64,000 nt of DNA, from assembly GCA_052035175.1 (NCBI GenBank), contig JBPOHV010000001.1, positions 459,338-523,337 of the forward strand, read 5' to 3'. Positions within the stretch are counted from its first letter, which is position 1; each line of letters opens with the position of its first letter. Of the stretch, positions 1 to 9,420 are shown piece after piece. Origin of the DNA: a candidate division WWE3 bacterium (GTDB lineage Bacteria > Patescibacteriota > WWE3 > UBA101185 > UBA10185). The position numbers were made by a program, and so were the translations under genes. The notes beneath the pieces were generated by a model, which searched no databases, had not been told where the DNA came from, and saw nothing but the letters and a program-made list of their open reading frames with translations.

Positions 1-1
1 C

Positions 2-298
2 TATAGAAAAAAGATGTCTTCGATTGCACGAGAAGCCAAAAACCATCCAATTCAAGGCACAAATGCTGATGCGATAAAATTTGCTTTGGTATTTTTGCAA
101 GAGCGTTTGACCAAAGATAACGTCGATGGTTTTGTAGTTTCTACGGTGCACGACGAAATTGTTTGTGAAGTTCGAGAAGATCAAGCTCAAGACTTTTCAA
201 AAGTGTTATCAGACGAGATGGTAAGGGCAGCGAATTTATTTTTGAAAAAAGTTAAAATAGTTTCAGAGCCTTTTGTCGGCGATGTTTGGGAACACTAA
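2..298 (+). CDS. polA: DNA polymerase I, C-terminal fragment (gene begins upstream of window)
   Basis: The translation ends ...HPIQGTNADAIKFALV...VHDEIVCEV... This matches the family A polymerase motif C region (VHDE) and the conserved C-terminal H. The ORF is open to the window edge. Confidence 0.75.
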   Translation, partial: YRKKMSSIAREAKNHPIQGTNADAIKFALVFLQERLTKDNVDGFVVSTVHDEIVCEVREDQAQDFSKVLSDEMVRAANLFLKKVKIVSEPFVGDVWEH

Positions 299-348
299 AG
301 ACTAGCACTCGTATTGACTAGTTGCTAGAAGGATTGTAAACTAAATTT

Positions 349-2436
349 ATGGTTTTATGTCACAGATGCGGGCAACGCCCAGCACAATATCCAGTCAATC
401 AAATAATAGACGGTAAGCAAGTGTATATGGCTTTTTGTGAAGAGTGTTACAACGAATACATGCAAAAAGCTAATAATGTTTCTTCGAAAGTAGAAAAGTT
501 TGGTCGCGATCTTACAAAGCTTGCAGAAGAAGGTAAGCTCGACCCTGTAGTTGGCCGCAAAGACGAAATTCAAAGAGTAATCCACATTTTATCTAGGCGC
601 ACAAAAAATAACCCTGTTTTAATAGGAGATCCAGGTGTAGGTAAAACTGCAATTGTTGAAGGGCTTGCTCAAAAAATTATAGACGGAGCTGTTCCTGAGC
701 CTTTGCGAGGTAAAAGAGTTTTCATGTTAGATTTAGCTTCGGTTGTAGCAGGCACTCATCACAGAGGTATGTTTGAGCAAAGGCTCAAAGATATTATAGA
801 CGAAGTCATCAAATCTCAAGGACAAATTATTTTATTTATAGACGAATTGCATACAGTTGTAGGTATGGGTGGTGCAGAAGGTGCTATGGATGCAGCAAAT
901 ATTTTAAAGCCGGCATTGTCTCGTGGTCAATTGCAAATGGTAGGTGCTACAACAATAGACGAGTATCGTAGGTATGTAGAAAAAGATGCAGCTTTGGAAA
1001 GAAGATTTCAACCAATAGTTGTAGAGGAGCCTAGCTTAGAAGAAACAATCGAAATATTGAGAGGTTTGCGTGAAAGATACGAAGAATATCACCACGTAAC
1101 GATAAAAGACGAAGCTTTGATTTCTGCAGCTAAGATGAGTGATAGATATATTAGTGATAGATTTTTGCCAGACAAAGCTTTGGATATGATAGATGAAGCT
1201 TGTGCCTTGGTTAGATTATCTTTAGTTCAAGAACCAGAAAATTTAAAAGGCGTGATACAAGAATTAACAACACTCAAGTCAAAGTCCCGAGATGATTTAC
1301 CAGAAGTAGAACTTAAAAAGCTAAAAGCTCAGATAGCAGATTTAGAAAAGATAAAAAAAGAATTGGTTGAAATTTGGACAAAAACCAAATTGGAAGAAAC
1401 AGCTTATGTCACAGAACACGATGTTCTCAAAGTAATCTCTCGTGCTACAAGTATACCGCTAGAAAGACTTAGTGAAGCAGAGAAAGAAAAGCTTTTGCAT
1501 ATGGAAGATAGGTTGAAAGATCGAATAGTAGGTCAAGAAGAAGCAATTCATTTGTTGGCAGAAGCTATTCGTCGCGCGCGCTCTGGTTTGAAAGATCCAA
1601 AGAGACCTATTGGTTCTTTCTTATTCTTAGGTCCAACAGGTGTAGGTAAAACTGAACTTGCAAAGACTTTGGCTGAGGTTTTGTACGGCGATGAAGATAT
1701 GCTTGTACGCCTGGATATGAGTGAATATATGGAAAAGCATGCAGTTAGTAAAATGATAGGTGCACCACCGGGATACGTTGGTTACGATAAAGGTGGTCAG
1801 CTGACTGAAATAGTTAGAAGAAAACCGTTTTCAGTTATCCTTTTTGACGAAATAGAAAAAGCACATCCAGATACATTTAATGCACTATTGCAGATAATGG
1901 AAGATGGGCGATTAACAGATGGGCAGGGGAGAACGGTTGATTTCAAGAATACTACTTTAATCATGACTTCAAATGTAGGGTCAGAATATCTTCGTAGGTC
2001 ACAAATAGGCTTTGATGCTGAGGAAAAGACCAAAGAGCATGCCAAGCGTTCATTTGAACAAAAGATTGATGTGGCGCTTAAAGATTCGTTTAAGCCTGAA
2101 TTTTTGAATAGAATAGATGAAATAATCGTCTTTTCTTCATTGACAATAGAAGATATCGAAGAGATTTCAAAGAGAATTGTAAATAAGACTATAAAACTGT
2201 TGTCAGAAAAGGGTATTCAGTTGGAAGTAGATCATAAAGTAATAAAGCATTTAGCCCAGGTCGGTTATAGCGATGAATACGGTGCCAGACCGCTCAGAAG
2301 GCTTATACAGCGCGAACTAGATAATGTTATATCTACTATGATCATCTCAGAAGAAGTTAAAGACGGAGCTCAAATAGAGGCAACTTTGTCAAAAGACGCT
2401 GTCAAACTCAAAGTAAAACAGCCCGTTAACGTATAA
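349..2436 (+). CDS. ClpC/ClpB-like two-domain AAA+ chaperone ATPase. A short N-terminal CxxC...CxxC zinc ribbon replaces the usual Clp_N repeat domain.
   Basis: D1 Walker A is [17 protein letters not shown] coiled-coil M-domain is present ([18 protein letters not shown]). D2 Walker A is [15 protein letters not shown], followed by [17 protein letters not shown] and a sensor-2 GARPLRR. The N-terminus is [11 protein letters not shown]...[10 protein letters not shown]. Confidence 0.85.
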   Translation: MVLCHRCGQRPAQYPVNQIIDGKQVYMAFCEECYNEYMQKANNVSSKVEKFGRDLTKLAEEGKLDPVVGRKDEIQRVIHILSRRTKNNPVLIGDPGVGKTAIVEGLAQKIIDGAVPEPLRGKRVFMLDLASVVAGTHHRGMFEQRLKDIIDEVIKSQGQIILFIDELHTVVGMGGAEGAMDAANILKPALSRGQLQMVGATTIDEYRRYVEKDAALERRFQPIVVEEPSLEETIEILRGLRERYEEYHHVTIKDEALISAAKMSDRYISDRFLPDKALDMIDEACALVRLSLVQEPENLKGVIQELTTLKSKSRDDLPEVELKKLKAQIADLEKIKKELVEIWTKTKLEETAYVTEHDVLKVISRATSIPLERLSEAEKEKLLHMEDRLKDRIVGQEEAIHLLAEAIRRARSGLKDPKRPIGSFLFLGPTGVGKTELAKTLAEVLYGDEDMLVRLDMSEYMEKHAVSKMIGAPPGYVGYDKGGQLTEIVRRKPFSVILFDEIEKAHPDTFNALLQIMEDGRLTDGQGRTVDFKNTTLIMTSNVGSEYLRRSQIGFDAEEKTKEHAKRSFEQKIDVALKDSFKPEFLNRIDEIIVFSSLTIEDIEEISKRIVNKTIKLLSEKGIQLEVDHKVIKHLAQVGYSDEYGARPLRRLIQRELDNVISTMIISEEVKDGAQIEATLSKDAVKLKVKQPVNV

Positions 2437-2481
2437 CTTGTTGATATTTTAAGGTTAATTTGGTATTCTTTCTGGCAGTCT

Positions 2482-2943
2482 ATGGCCGATGAATCAGTAA
2501 AACAAGTCAATAAACAAGCTGCTGTAAAGCCAAACTTTAAGTCTGGGGATACAGTAAATGTCTACTATAAGATTATAGAAGGCGAAAAGACTAGAATACA
2601 GCCTTATCAAGGTATTGTTATTTCTAGAAAAGGCCACGATATGTCCAAAAGCTTTACAGTCAGACGCCTTGGTGCTGATGGTGTAGGCGTAGAAAGAATA
2701 TTCCAACTGCATTCTCCAAACATAGAAAAGATAGAATTAGTCAAATCTGGCCGTGTTCGTAGAGCAAAACTTTATTATTTAAGAGATAAAAAAGGAAGCG
2801 CCGCTTATAGAATCAAAGAAAGCCCATCCTCTAAAAAACAAGCTATTAAAAATAGCGATGAGATAATAGCCCCAGAACCAGAGGTTATACAAGAATCTGA
2901 GGTTTTAACTCAAACAACTGAAGAGTCTCCAATAACAGAATAA
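2482..2943 (+). CDS. rplS: 50S ribosomal protein L19 with a ~40-aa low-complexity C-terminal extension
   Basis: The L19 core is [30 protein letters not shown]...[25 protein letters not shown]. The acidic/Ser-Pro-rich tail is not part of canonical L19. Confidence 0.88.
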   Translation: MADESVKQVNKQAAVKPNFKSGDTVNVYYKIIEGEKTRIQPYQGIVISRKGHDMSKSFTVRRLGADGVGVERIFQLHSPNIEKIELVKSGRVRRAKLYYLRDKKGSAAYRIKESPSSKKQAIKNSDEIIAPEPEVIQESEVLTQTTEESPITE

Positions 2944-2984
2944 TTGCAAATTTTAATTGCACAGCATAATATCTATTTACAACT

Positions 2985-4289
2985 TTGGCAAGATATTTCT
3001 TTTATTTAATAGATAGCGTAGTATCGTCAAATATGTCACATAAAAGTATTGATTTAGACAACTTAATAGACCAGGGTAATAAAGTTTTCGCAGAATTTTT
3101 GCAATACGATAGACATCGTACCCAGTTAAACTCAATTACCGATTTGTCGAGGGTAGAAGGCTTAATAAATAAATTTGATGAGCTTTATAAAGCAATACCA
3201 GATATCAATATTAGTGATGAAAAAAGCCTGTATGTTAGGGAGCTTAAACGCATGTGTAAATTTCATGTTAGTTTATTAGCCGAAGAGTTTACAAGTGAAA
3301 TTACAACACCAGAAGCAATTATTGAAAGGTACCACGTTAAAGACGAAGATATTACTGCGCTAAAAGACTGGTTGTTGTCAAATAAACAAGAAATATTAGC
3401 AGCTAACAACCGTCAATACGAGTATTATTCTAGTGTAGAGCGCAGCAGCATACGTATGGGGTCATTAGAACTAGTTACTACTGCGGAGAATTTGTTAAGA
3501 GACTATGTAGAAGCTATTAAAACTACCCTCCTTAAGAACGTTTCGCATCTGTCGATTGGTGAAGTTTTAAAAGACTATATAATAACCTTTGATCGTGTCA
3601 ATGGTAGGTCTGCAGCAAACAGGATTGCCAAATACGCTATTTTGGGTATTGATCCATGTGTATACATGAATAAAGGTACAATTTATTTACTCGAAGAAGA
3701 AGTTATTAGTAAGTTTGGACACGAAGTTTTAGGTCACACCGCAAATTTTTATGCTACTGCTGTTTCTGATATGCCTTTATTTATAAAAGAAAATTATTTT
3801 CAGAATTCAACGTCATCAAGAGAATCTGTTACTAATTACTTTGAAAGTAGAATATTTGATTTTCTTACAGGCTTAGATGAATTTAGAAGTAAATCAAACT
3901 TTGAAGGTCTATTAACAGACGTAGTATCTCGTTATCATGATACACGTATTTTAGAAGATTATAATTGGAAGCTTAGGATGGTTGGTTATTGGGTTCTTTG
4001 TAAGACTAAAATGGAGGACTTTGATAAACAAGTGAAAGAGCTTAATATTTATTCTATAGAACCACAGTGGCCACCATATTTTTTGGCTGGTTATAGAAAT
4101 GATTGGAATAAAGCGACTGGTCTAATTATGCCTAGAATTGCGGCCGAGCTCAGATATAGTGTAGATGCAGTAGGTAAGCTACTAGCAGAGAAAAAGCCCA
4201 CAGACCTAGCAAAATTTGAGCAAGCTATCTTGGTTGGCGCGTGGTCACCTCAAGGGTTCGAAGAATGGGTCAAAATGACGGGTTACTGA
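2985..4289 (+). CDS. Hypothetical protein (alternative start at 3033, MSHKS)
   Basis: Long intact ORF with no TM segment and no recognisable motif. The start is ambiguous between 2985 and 3033. Confidence 0.5.
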   Translation: MARYFFYLIDSVVSSNMSHKSIDLDNLIDQGNKVFAEFLQYDRHRTQLNSITDLSRVEGLINKFDELYKAIPDINISDEKSLYVRELKRMCKFHVSLLAEEFTSEITTPEAIIERYHVKDEDITALKDWLLSNKQEILAANNRQYEYYSSVERSSIRMGSLELVTTAENLLRDYVEAIKTTLLKNVSHLSIGEVLKDYIITFDRVNGRSAANRIAKYAILGIDPCVYMNKGTIYLLEEEVISKFGHEVLGHTANFYATAVSDMPLFIKENYFQNSTSSRESVTNYFESRIFDFLTGLDEFRSKSNFEGLLTDVVSRYHDTRILEDYNWKLRMVGYWVLCKTKMEDFDKQVKELNIYSIEPQWPPYFLAGYRNDWNKATGLIMPRIAAELRYSVDAVGKLLAEKKPTDLAKFEQAILVGAWSPQGFEEWVKMTGY

Positions 4290-4299
4290 TCATAACTCA

Positions 4300-4322
4300 A
4301 AATACTACAAAATGTGTTATAA
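4300..4322 (+). promoter_or_regulatory. Candidate sigma70 extended -10 promoter (TGtTATAAT) driving a ~150-nt leader ahead of the RRM gene
   Basis: aatgtgTTATAATgtc lies in the intergenic region upstream of 4476. No clear -35. Confidence 0.3.
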
Positions 4323-4475
4323 TGTCTGTGTTTCTAGGATGCAAGAAGATAGAGGCACTTTTGTCCGTCATAGCCTTGGCGTAGCCGGATCACCCTTAAT
4401 GCTTTCCCAAGTTTTAGAATCATCGTAATTGAGATTAAAAAAAAGAAGGCGGTGACGTAATTTTAAAACGCTAAT

Positions 4476-4793
4476 ATGAAAAAACTATACGTAGGTAATT
4501 TACCTTATTCTTATGACGAGAATTCATTAAGAGATCTTTTCGCTGATTATGGTGAAGTTTTCTCAGCAGCAATCATCATGGATAGAGCTACAAACAGAAG
4601 CAAAGGTTTCGGTTTCGTAGAACTTAATGATGCAGAAGCTGATAGAGCTATCGCAGAACTTCATGGAAAAGAACAAGATGGCAGAGCTTTGGTAGTTTCC
4701 GAAGCAAGACCAATGGCAGAAAGACCACAAAGATCTAGCCGAGATTTCGGTAATAGAAATGGTGGTGGACACGACAGAAGAAGTAGATATTAA
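4476..4793 (+). CDS. RRM-type RNA-binding protein (RNP-2 LYVGNL, RNP-1 KGFGFVEL) with a Gly/Arg-rich tail
   Basis: Canonical RNP motifs. The C-terminal RDFGNRNGGGHDRRSRY resembles RGG tails of bacterial Rbp proteins. Confidence 0.85.
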   Translation: MKKLYVGNLPYSYDENSLRDLFADYGEVFSAAIIMDRATNRSKGFGFVELNDAEADRAIAELHGKEQDGRALVVSEARPMAERPQRSSRDFGNRNGGGHDRRSRY

Positions 4794-4811
4794 TAACAAC
4801 TTAAATTAGCT

Positions 4812-4845
4812 ACAGCGACCCCCGCCTAGGCGGGGGTCGCTCTGC
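4812..4845. terminator. Bidirectional intrinsic terminator hairpin (gcgacccccgcc tagg cgggggtcgc) between convergent genes
   Basis: Perfect 12-bp GC-rich stem with a 4-nt loop, lying between the + gene ending at 4793 and the - gene ending at 4869. Confidence 0.7.
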
Positions 4846-4868
4846 TAAGTCAAATTTTCACTATTAAA

Positions 4869-5534
4869 TTACTCTTTAACTTCAATTGAAAGAATTTTTA
4901 CAGGGTTTACAGGTTTTGAATTTTCTCCTGACATTACATTTGCCGTTACGGGTGATGTAGCAATTTTATCGACTACATCAAGGCCTTGTGTAACTTTTCC
5001 AAAGATAACGTAATTTTTTGGCAAATTGTAATCGGCATGCATAATGAAGAATTGACTGCCATTTGTATTTGGTCCTGCATTCGCCATGGCAATGGTACCT
5101 TTTGTGTATTCACCCTCGAATACTTCGTCGTTGAATCTGTATCCTGGTCCACCAGTACCATCACCTTTTGGATCTCCGCCTTGAATCATAAAATCTTTAA
5201 TAGTTCTATGAAAAATTGTGTTGTCGTAAAATCCTTCTTTGGCGAGGTTGACAAAATTACCGACTGTAATAGGTGTCTTTGTTCCTGTCAAAAGTAGTGT
5301 GATATTTCCTTCTGATGTTTTCATTGTTACTGCTACATCTTTATTTAGTGGAGCGGGAGCGTTATTTGTCTCTGGTTGCATAACTTGTTCACTTTCTTGC
5401 TGTGTAGGTATAGTAGTTTCATCAATAATATTTGATTTTTGGGCTGAGTTCTTTTGTGAAAAGACTATTCCTGCAGCTAAAATTAATAATACTAAAGTAG
5501 TTACGAGTATAGTTGGTATATAATCTTTATTCAT
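4869..5534 (-). CDS. Cyclophilin-type peptidyl-prolyl cis-trans isomerase with an N-terminal membrane anchor (ORF-track start 5603; MNKDY start at 5534 is more likely)
   Basis: Cyclophilin core FHRTIKDFMIQGGDP...GTIAMANAGPNTNGSQFFI, preceded by a TM helix ILVTTLVLLILAAGIVF. Starting at 5534 avoids overlap with the upstream gene's stop at 5548. Confidence 0.85.
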   Translation of the reverse strand: MNKDYIPTILVTTLVLLILAAGIVFSQKNSAQKSNIIDETTIPTQQESEQVMQPETNNAPAPLNKDVAVTMKTSEGNITLLLTGTKTPITVGNFVNLAKEGFYDNTIFHRTIKDFMIQGGDPKGDGTGGPGYRFNDEVFEGEYTKGTIAMANAGPNTNGSQFFIMHADYNLPKNYVIFGKVTQGLDVVDKIATSPVTANVMSGENSKPVNPVKILSIEVKE

Positions 5535-5547
5535 GCCTAAGATAATA

Positions 5548-6267
5548 TCATATCTCTGGGTAACCTTCTCTTGACCAATGCCAAAGCGCTGAATGCATTT
5601 CATGTGGAGGAATGTTTACTTCTTTTAAAATAGGTTTCCAGGCAATTTCAACTTCATTTGGTTTTGCATTCTCATTTACAACTCCTAGCTTAGCAGATGC
5701 GTTTATAATGTGTGTGTCAGGTACTATTGATAAATTGTACATATCTTTAAACTTTATATCTGTGTATGCATTCAAAACCATCATTGTGTAATTTGAAAGT
5801 TTGATTCCACCAAGATATGGAAATATATCTTTTTTTTCTTTTTGTAACATTGGAATAATCTTAGCAATCTCATATGCGCATTCTTCCATAATCTTACGTG
5901 GATCATTTTCATAATATTTATTTAATGTTTCTGATATTTTTATCCAAATTGTTGGATGTTTATTTTTTTGTAATGCTAGTTTATGTTTTGTCATTGCCGC
6001 TTGTATCTCTTCAAAGCTTTTTGTTACTACTTGTTCAGGGAAAAATAAAAAATTAGTTTCACTGTCATGCCATGTAGCATAAGAAGCTTGCCATAAAGCA
6101 GGGGAGCTGCGTTGAAAATTGATAGTGCACGACATAAAAAAATACAAATATCTTTCACGTGAGCCTTTGGGAAGATCGGGATGCACTTCATGGTTTTCTA
6201 GTCGTTTTATTCTTCCGTCTTGAAATGCTTGGTGTATTGCTTTTATCTTACTAATGTAATTATTCAT
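5548..6267 (-). CDS. HhH-type DNA glycosylase-like protein (AGOG/8-oxoG-glycosylase-like); function tentative
   Basis: FPYLGGIKLSNYTMMVLNA...PDTHIINASAKLGVV resembles the helix-hairpin-helix followed by a catalytic Asp (L.G.G.K...vDtHv.R) of the HhH-GPD superfamily. A Lys in the hairpin would fit a bifunctional lyase. Confidence 0.4.
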   Translation of the reverse strand: MNNYISKIKAIHQAFQDGRIKRLENHEVHPDLPKGSRERYLYFFMSCTINFQRSSPALWQASYATWHDSETNFLFFPEQVVTKSFEEIQAAMTKHKLALQKNKHPTIWIKISETLNKYYENDPRKIMEECAYEIAKIIPMLQKEKKDIFPYLGGIKLSNYTMMVLNAYTDIKFKDMYNLSIVPDTHIINASAKLGVVNENAKPNEVEIAWKPILKEVNIPPHEMHSALWHWSREGYPEI

Positions 6268-6647
6268 ATCTTTGCAATCTCTAATTCTTCATTTGTTACG
6301 TATTTACTTGGCAATGTATCTAAATGCATGTTTATAGCTTTCTCAAGCCTATGTACACCATCTAAAGTCACAAGCTTTCCATTATCTTTAATAATAATTA
6401 TTGGTGTATTAACATCACAGTCATTCACACGCTGTGCATGCCAATTTGGTAGGCCATGCTTACAGCTAGTGCACTGCATATTTCCATTGCCGTCAACAGT
6501 TTGTGTATACTTCAGTATCCATTTCAAATCAGATACTTTGACTTGTGTTATTTCTTTATCATGTATAATTTCAAAAATCTTATTTAAGTTGTATTTTTGC
6601 CCATTATGTGTAAAAGTACCTTCACCTGATTCTTGGTATATACTCAT
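6264..6647 (-). CDS. Small ParB/sulfiredoxin-like nuclease-domain protein (tentative)
   Basis: PIIIIKDNGKLVTLDGVHRLEKA resembles the ParB N-terminal DGHHR box. Its stop overlaps the start of the downstream glycosylase-like gene by 4 nt. Confidence 0.4.
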   Translation of the reverse strand: MSIYQESGEGTFTHNGQKYNLNKIFEIIHDKEITQVKVSDLKWILKYTQTVDGNGNMQCTSCKHGLPNWHAQRVNDCDVNTPIIIIKDNGKLVTLDGVHRLEKAINMHLDTLPSKYVTNEELEIAKI

Positions 6648-6671
6648 GGATATACTATAACAAATAAAAAT

Positions 6672-7424
6672 ATGGAATTTTATAAACTAAAACAAAAACC
6701 GCGAATAGCACTAGAACTACTCAAAAAGTCTCCTGATTTTTTGAAATACTTTTTTGATTACTTTGGTATCTTTCATCAAGATTGGATTTTTCATGTAAAT
6801 AAGTTTCAGTTTTATGTAAGACCAAATAGCGTAGATAAATGGATAGTTACAGAAAACGTTGTGCTAGATTCGTATCATTTAAATGCATTAAAAACCGAAT
6901 CTTTTGATCAGATCATAGATATAGGAGGAAATATTGGGGCATTTACTATACCTCTTTCATACATGTTCCCATCTGCTAAAGTCGTGACGTTTGAACCAAG
7001 CAATGAAAATTATTTGATGCTCAAAAAGAACATAGAGCTAAATAAGTCAACGAATATAACTTTGTATAACAAAGCAGTTACAATGTCGAAAGAGGCGAAA
7101 ATAAAACTTTATTCTGGTGCAGACTTTGGTTCTAATTCGACGACCGAGACTTCTGAAGAGTTTCATGTCGTTGATAATTATTATTTTCGAGATTTATTAC
7201 CTATGATTACGCCAAATACGCTTTTGAAAATAGACATTGAGGGTGGTGAAATAAGTTTGTTTACTCAAGAAAACCTCGACATTCTAAAAGCTGCCAAATT
7301 GATAATTACTGAATATCATTTCTTTTTGGAAACTCACAGTAAACAAGAGTTTGAAGCTTTTTTAAAAAATAACGGGTTTACATTTGTCCAAGATGACTTG
7401 ATATATATAATCCGAAGTCAGTAG
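6672..7424 (+). CDS. FkbM-family SAM-dependent methyltransferase (ORF-track start 6633; MEFYKL start at 6672 is likely)
   Basis: IIDIGGNIGAFT ... VVTFEPSNENYLMLKKNIELN ... LLKIDIEGGE match the Methyltransf_21/FkbM pattern. Confidence 0.7.
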   Translation: MEFYKLKQKPRIALELLKKSPDFLKYFFDYFGIFHQDWIFHVNKFQFYVRPNSVDKWIVTENVVLDSYHLNALKTESFDQIIDIGGNIGAFTIPLSYMFPSAKVVTFEPSNENYLMLKKNIELNKSTNITLYNKAVTMSKEAKIKLYSGADFGSNSTTETSEEFHVVDNYYFRDLLPMITPNTLLKIDIEGGEISLFTQENLDILKAAKLIITEYHFFLETHSKQEFEAFLKNNGFTFVQDDLIYIIRSQ

Positions 7425-7455
7425 AGTGTTATACTCACTGTGATATCATAATTTT

Positions 7456-7797
7456 ATGAAGATTAATATTCGACTTTTATATCTTTATTTATTTTCTTTT
7501 GTAGGCCTCTTAATAATTGTTTTTGGAAGTGTGAATTTAGTGAATTTGGGTTTAAAGACTTTAGTATTTCCTGATATTGATAGCTATGAAGTTTATCCTG
7601 TAAAAATAACCGAAGTCGAAGGTCAGCCTATAGAGCCAAGTGTAGAAGAGCAGTTAGCTTCGCAAAAAAGAGAAATTTCACGCCAAAGACAACGCCAGCT
7701 AGTAGAAGCAGTTTCGATGATTACAGTAGGGTTACCTTTATATTTGTATCATTGGAAAACTATTCAAAAGGAAAATAAGAATGACACCATTGCGTGA
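7456..7797 (+). CDS. Hypothetical small membrane protein
   Basis: N-terminal TM helix and a charged SRQRQRQ segment. No homology recognised. Confidence 0.4.
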   Translation: MKINIRLLYLYLFSFVGLLIIVFGSVNLVNLGLKTLVFPDIDSYEVYPVKITEVEGQPIEPSVEEQLASQKREISRQRQRQLVEAVSMITVGLPLYLYHWKTIQKENKNDTIA

Positions 7798-8683
7798 TAC
7801 TAGTAAATTAGCTGCTTTATTTGAGTCTTCTGGTAATCACGAAACAATAACTGATTCTAACAGACATTTGCGCAAGTCGATTGCAAGATTTGAAAAGTGC
7901 AGTTCTCCAGACACTGTTCTTTCAGTATTAATGTTGAATGCAGTTAAACAAGTGCCTGATATGTTAAAAGAAATTGAAGCACAAATGCTTAATGATGCAC
8001 CTGATCTAGAAGCTATTGAATCGGGAGAAGGTCGTATAAGCCCAGAAGATTTTATGTATAGGCGTATTACAGGCGTTGCTACTGGTATCAACGGCCTAGG
8101 AGTGTTAATGCAAAATGGACCTTATAAACAACATAGGAAACAAATGCCTGGTGTTTTTCGATTTATTCCTCCAGCTGATATGGCACCTGCTCAACAAAGT
8201 TTATATGCAAATGCTCTTGAAATTATGTATAAGCCAGTAGATTTGCAAAGGTTATATCGCCTTGAACCTGATTGGTATGGTTTACCTCTTGACGAGATAG
8301 CTAACCGCTTGCAAAAGCGTGATAATCAAGATAGAGGCCATAAAGGCGCAGACAAGCAATTTGATTCTAATAAACAGGCTTTATCTGAATTAACAACTGT
8401 CGCAGATACATGGGAGAAGTCTTCACCAGCACGCTTGTCTGTCAGATGGGGATACATGGTCGATGATGCATTTATACCTGCAGATACTCAATTGCTTGTA
8501 AATGTGAAATATACACAAAAAAATGGATTTGTTTGTAGGCCAGATCTATATATTCAACCTTATGCTATTGAATCAAAAGAGCCAGTTTTGACAGCAAAAG
8601 GCAAGCCATTTAGTTTTCTAAAACTCAAGAATTCCTCAGATGAAGAACTTAATAACTCGATTACCGATAAGTTTAATATTTAG
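7781..8683 (+). CDS. Hypothetical protein
   Basis: Intact 300-aa ORF overlapping the previous gene by 17 nt. No motif recognised. Confidence 0.45.
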   Translation: MTPLRDTSKLAALFESSGNHETITDSNRHLRKSIARFEKCSSPDTVLSVLMLNAVKQVPDMLKEIEAQMLNDAPDLEAIESGEGRISPEDFMYRRITGVATGINGLGVLMQNGPYKQHRKQMPGVFRFIPPADMAPAQQSLYANALEIMYKPVDLQRLYRLEPDWYGLPLDEIANRLQKRDNQDRGHKGADKQFDSNKQALSELTTVADTWEKSSPARLSVRWGYMVDDAFIPADTQLLVNVKYTQKNGFVCRPDLYIQPYAIESKEPVLTAKGKPFSFLKLKNSSDEELNNSITDKFNI

Positions 8684-9417
8684 AGATTTGTGTCTAAGGT
8701 TACTAGAGTGCCAATTTTATTTGTATATTTAACTTTTCCATTCTCAAAATAGGCTGGGTCTCCTGGGATGCCGATTGGGCCAGCATCTGTAGCTAATACT
8801 TTGCACGAGGTTTCTGAACAATATATGACTGAAAATGGATCGCTACTTGTTAAATCATAAGGCGCAGCTTCTGGTCCAGCCGTAAATACAATGCCATCAC
8901 GTGTAGGTGACCAACTTAGTTTATCTACATACTCTACAAATAAAATTTTTGAAAATAGTTGCGTAGCTTTTCCAGTAGAAGTATTTATCATATACAGTGC
9001 ATTTTCTGCTGGTGCTCCGCCTGTTTTTATATAATCATCTGAGTAAGTTACGGCAAATATCAGATGGCCGTTTGGTGCAACCGCGTATTTAGTAATATGC
9101 GCCACTACAACACTGCTTTTAAATCGGATTTCTTGTTTATCAAAGCCAAATTTCTCAGGATAGTTGCAGACTTGTATATTGCTATTTACATTTTCAAGTG
9201 GTGCGCAAGGGTATGTAGCTGGTTTAGCAGGTTCTCCCATTTTTGTTATAGGTTCTGTGTCATTTGGTGTTACCTTAATGCTTGTTTTGTTAAGCATTTC
9301 GTTTGCTCTTTGCATTCGTTCATCAGCTAGTTTAAGACCTGAAATAAATGCTTTTCCGACAGTAAAAATGGCTACTACGCCTAATAACCATATTGAGATG
9401 ATTATATATTTTTTCAT
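8680..9417 (-). CDS. Hypothetical N-terminally anchored extracytoplasmic protein
   Basis: Signal anchor MKKYIIISIWLLGVVAIFTVG. No recognisable family. Confidence 0.5.
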   Translation of the reverse strand: MKKYIIISIWLLGVVAIFTVGKAFISGLKLADERMQRANEMLNKTSIKVTPNDTEPITKMGEPAKPATYPCAPLENVNSNIQVCNYPEKFGFDKQEIRFKSSVVVAHITKYAVAPNGHLIFAVTYSDDYIKTGGAPAENALYMINTSTGKATQLFSKILFVEYVDKLSWSPTRDGIVFTAGPEAAPYDLTSSDPFSVIYCSETSCKVLATDAGPIGIPGDPAYFENGKVKYTNKIGTLVTLDTNL

Positions 9418-9420
9418 TTA

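Noticed and set aside
355-585. Antisense 76-aa ORF inside the ClpC-like gene, and similarly 1797..2045, 2494..2712, 4563..4799, 4973..5523, 6220..6660
   Set aside because: They lie fully within strong, motif-supported genes on the opposite strand and have low-complexity, Cys/Phe-rich translations typical of AT-rich antisense frames.
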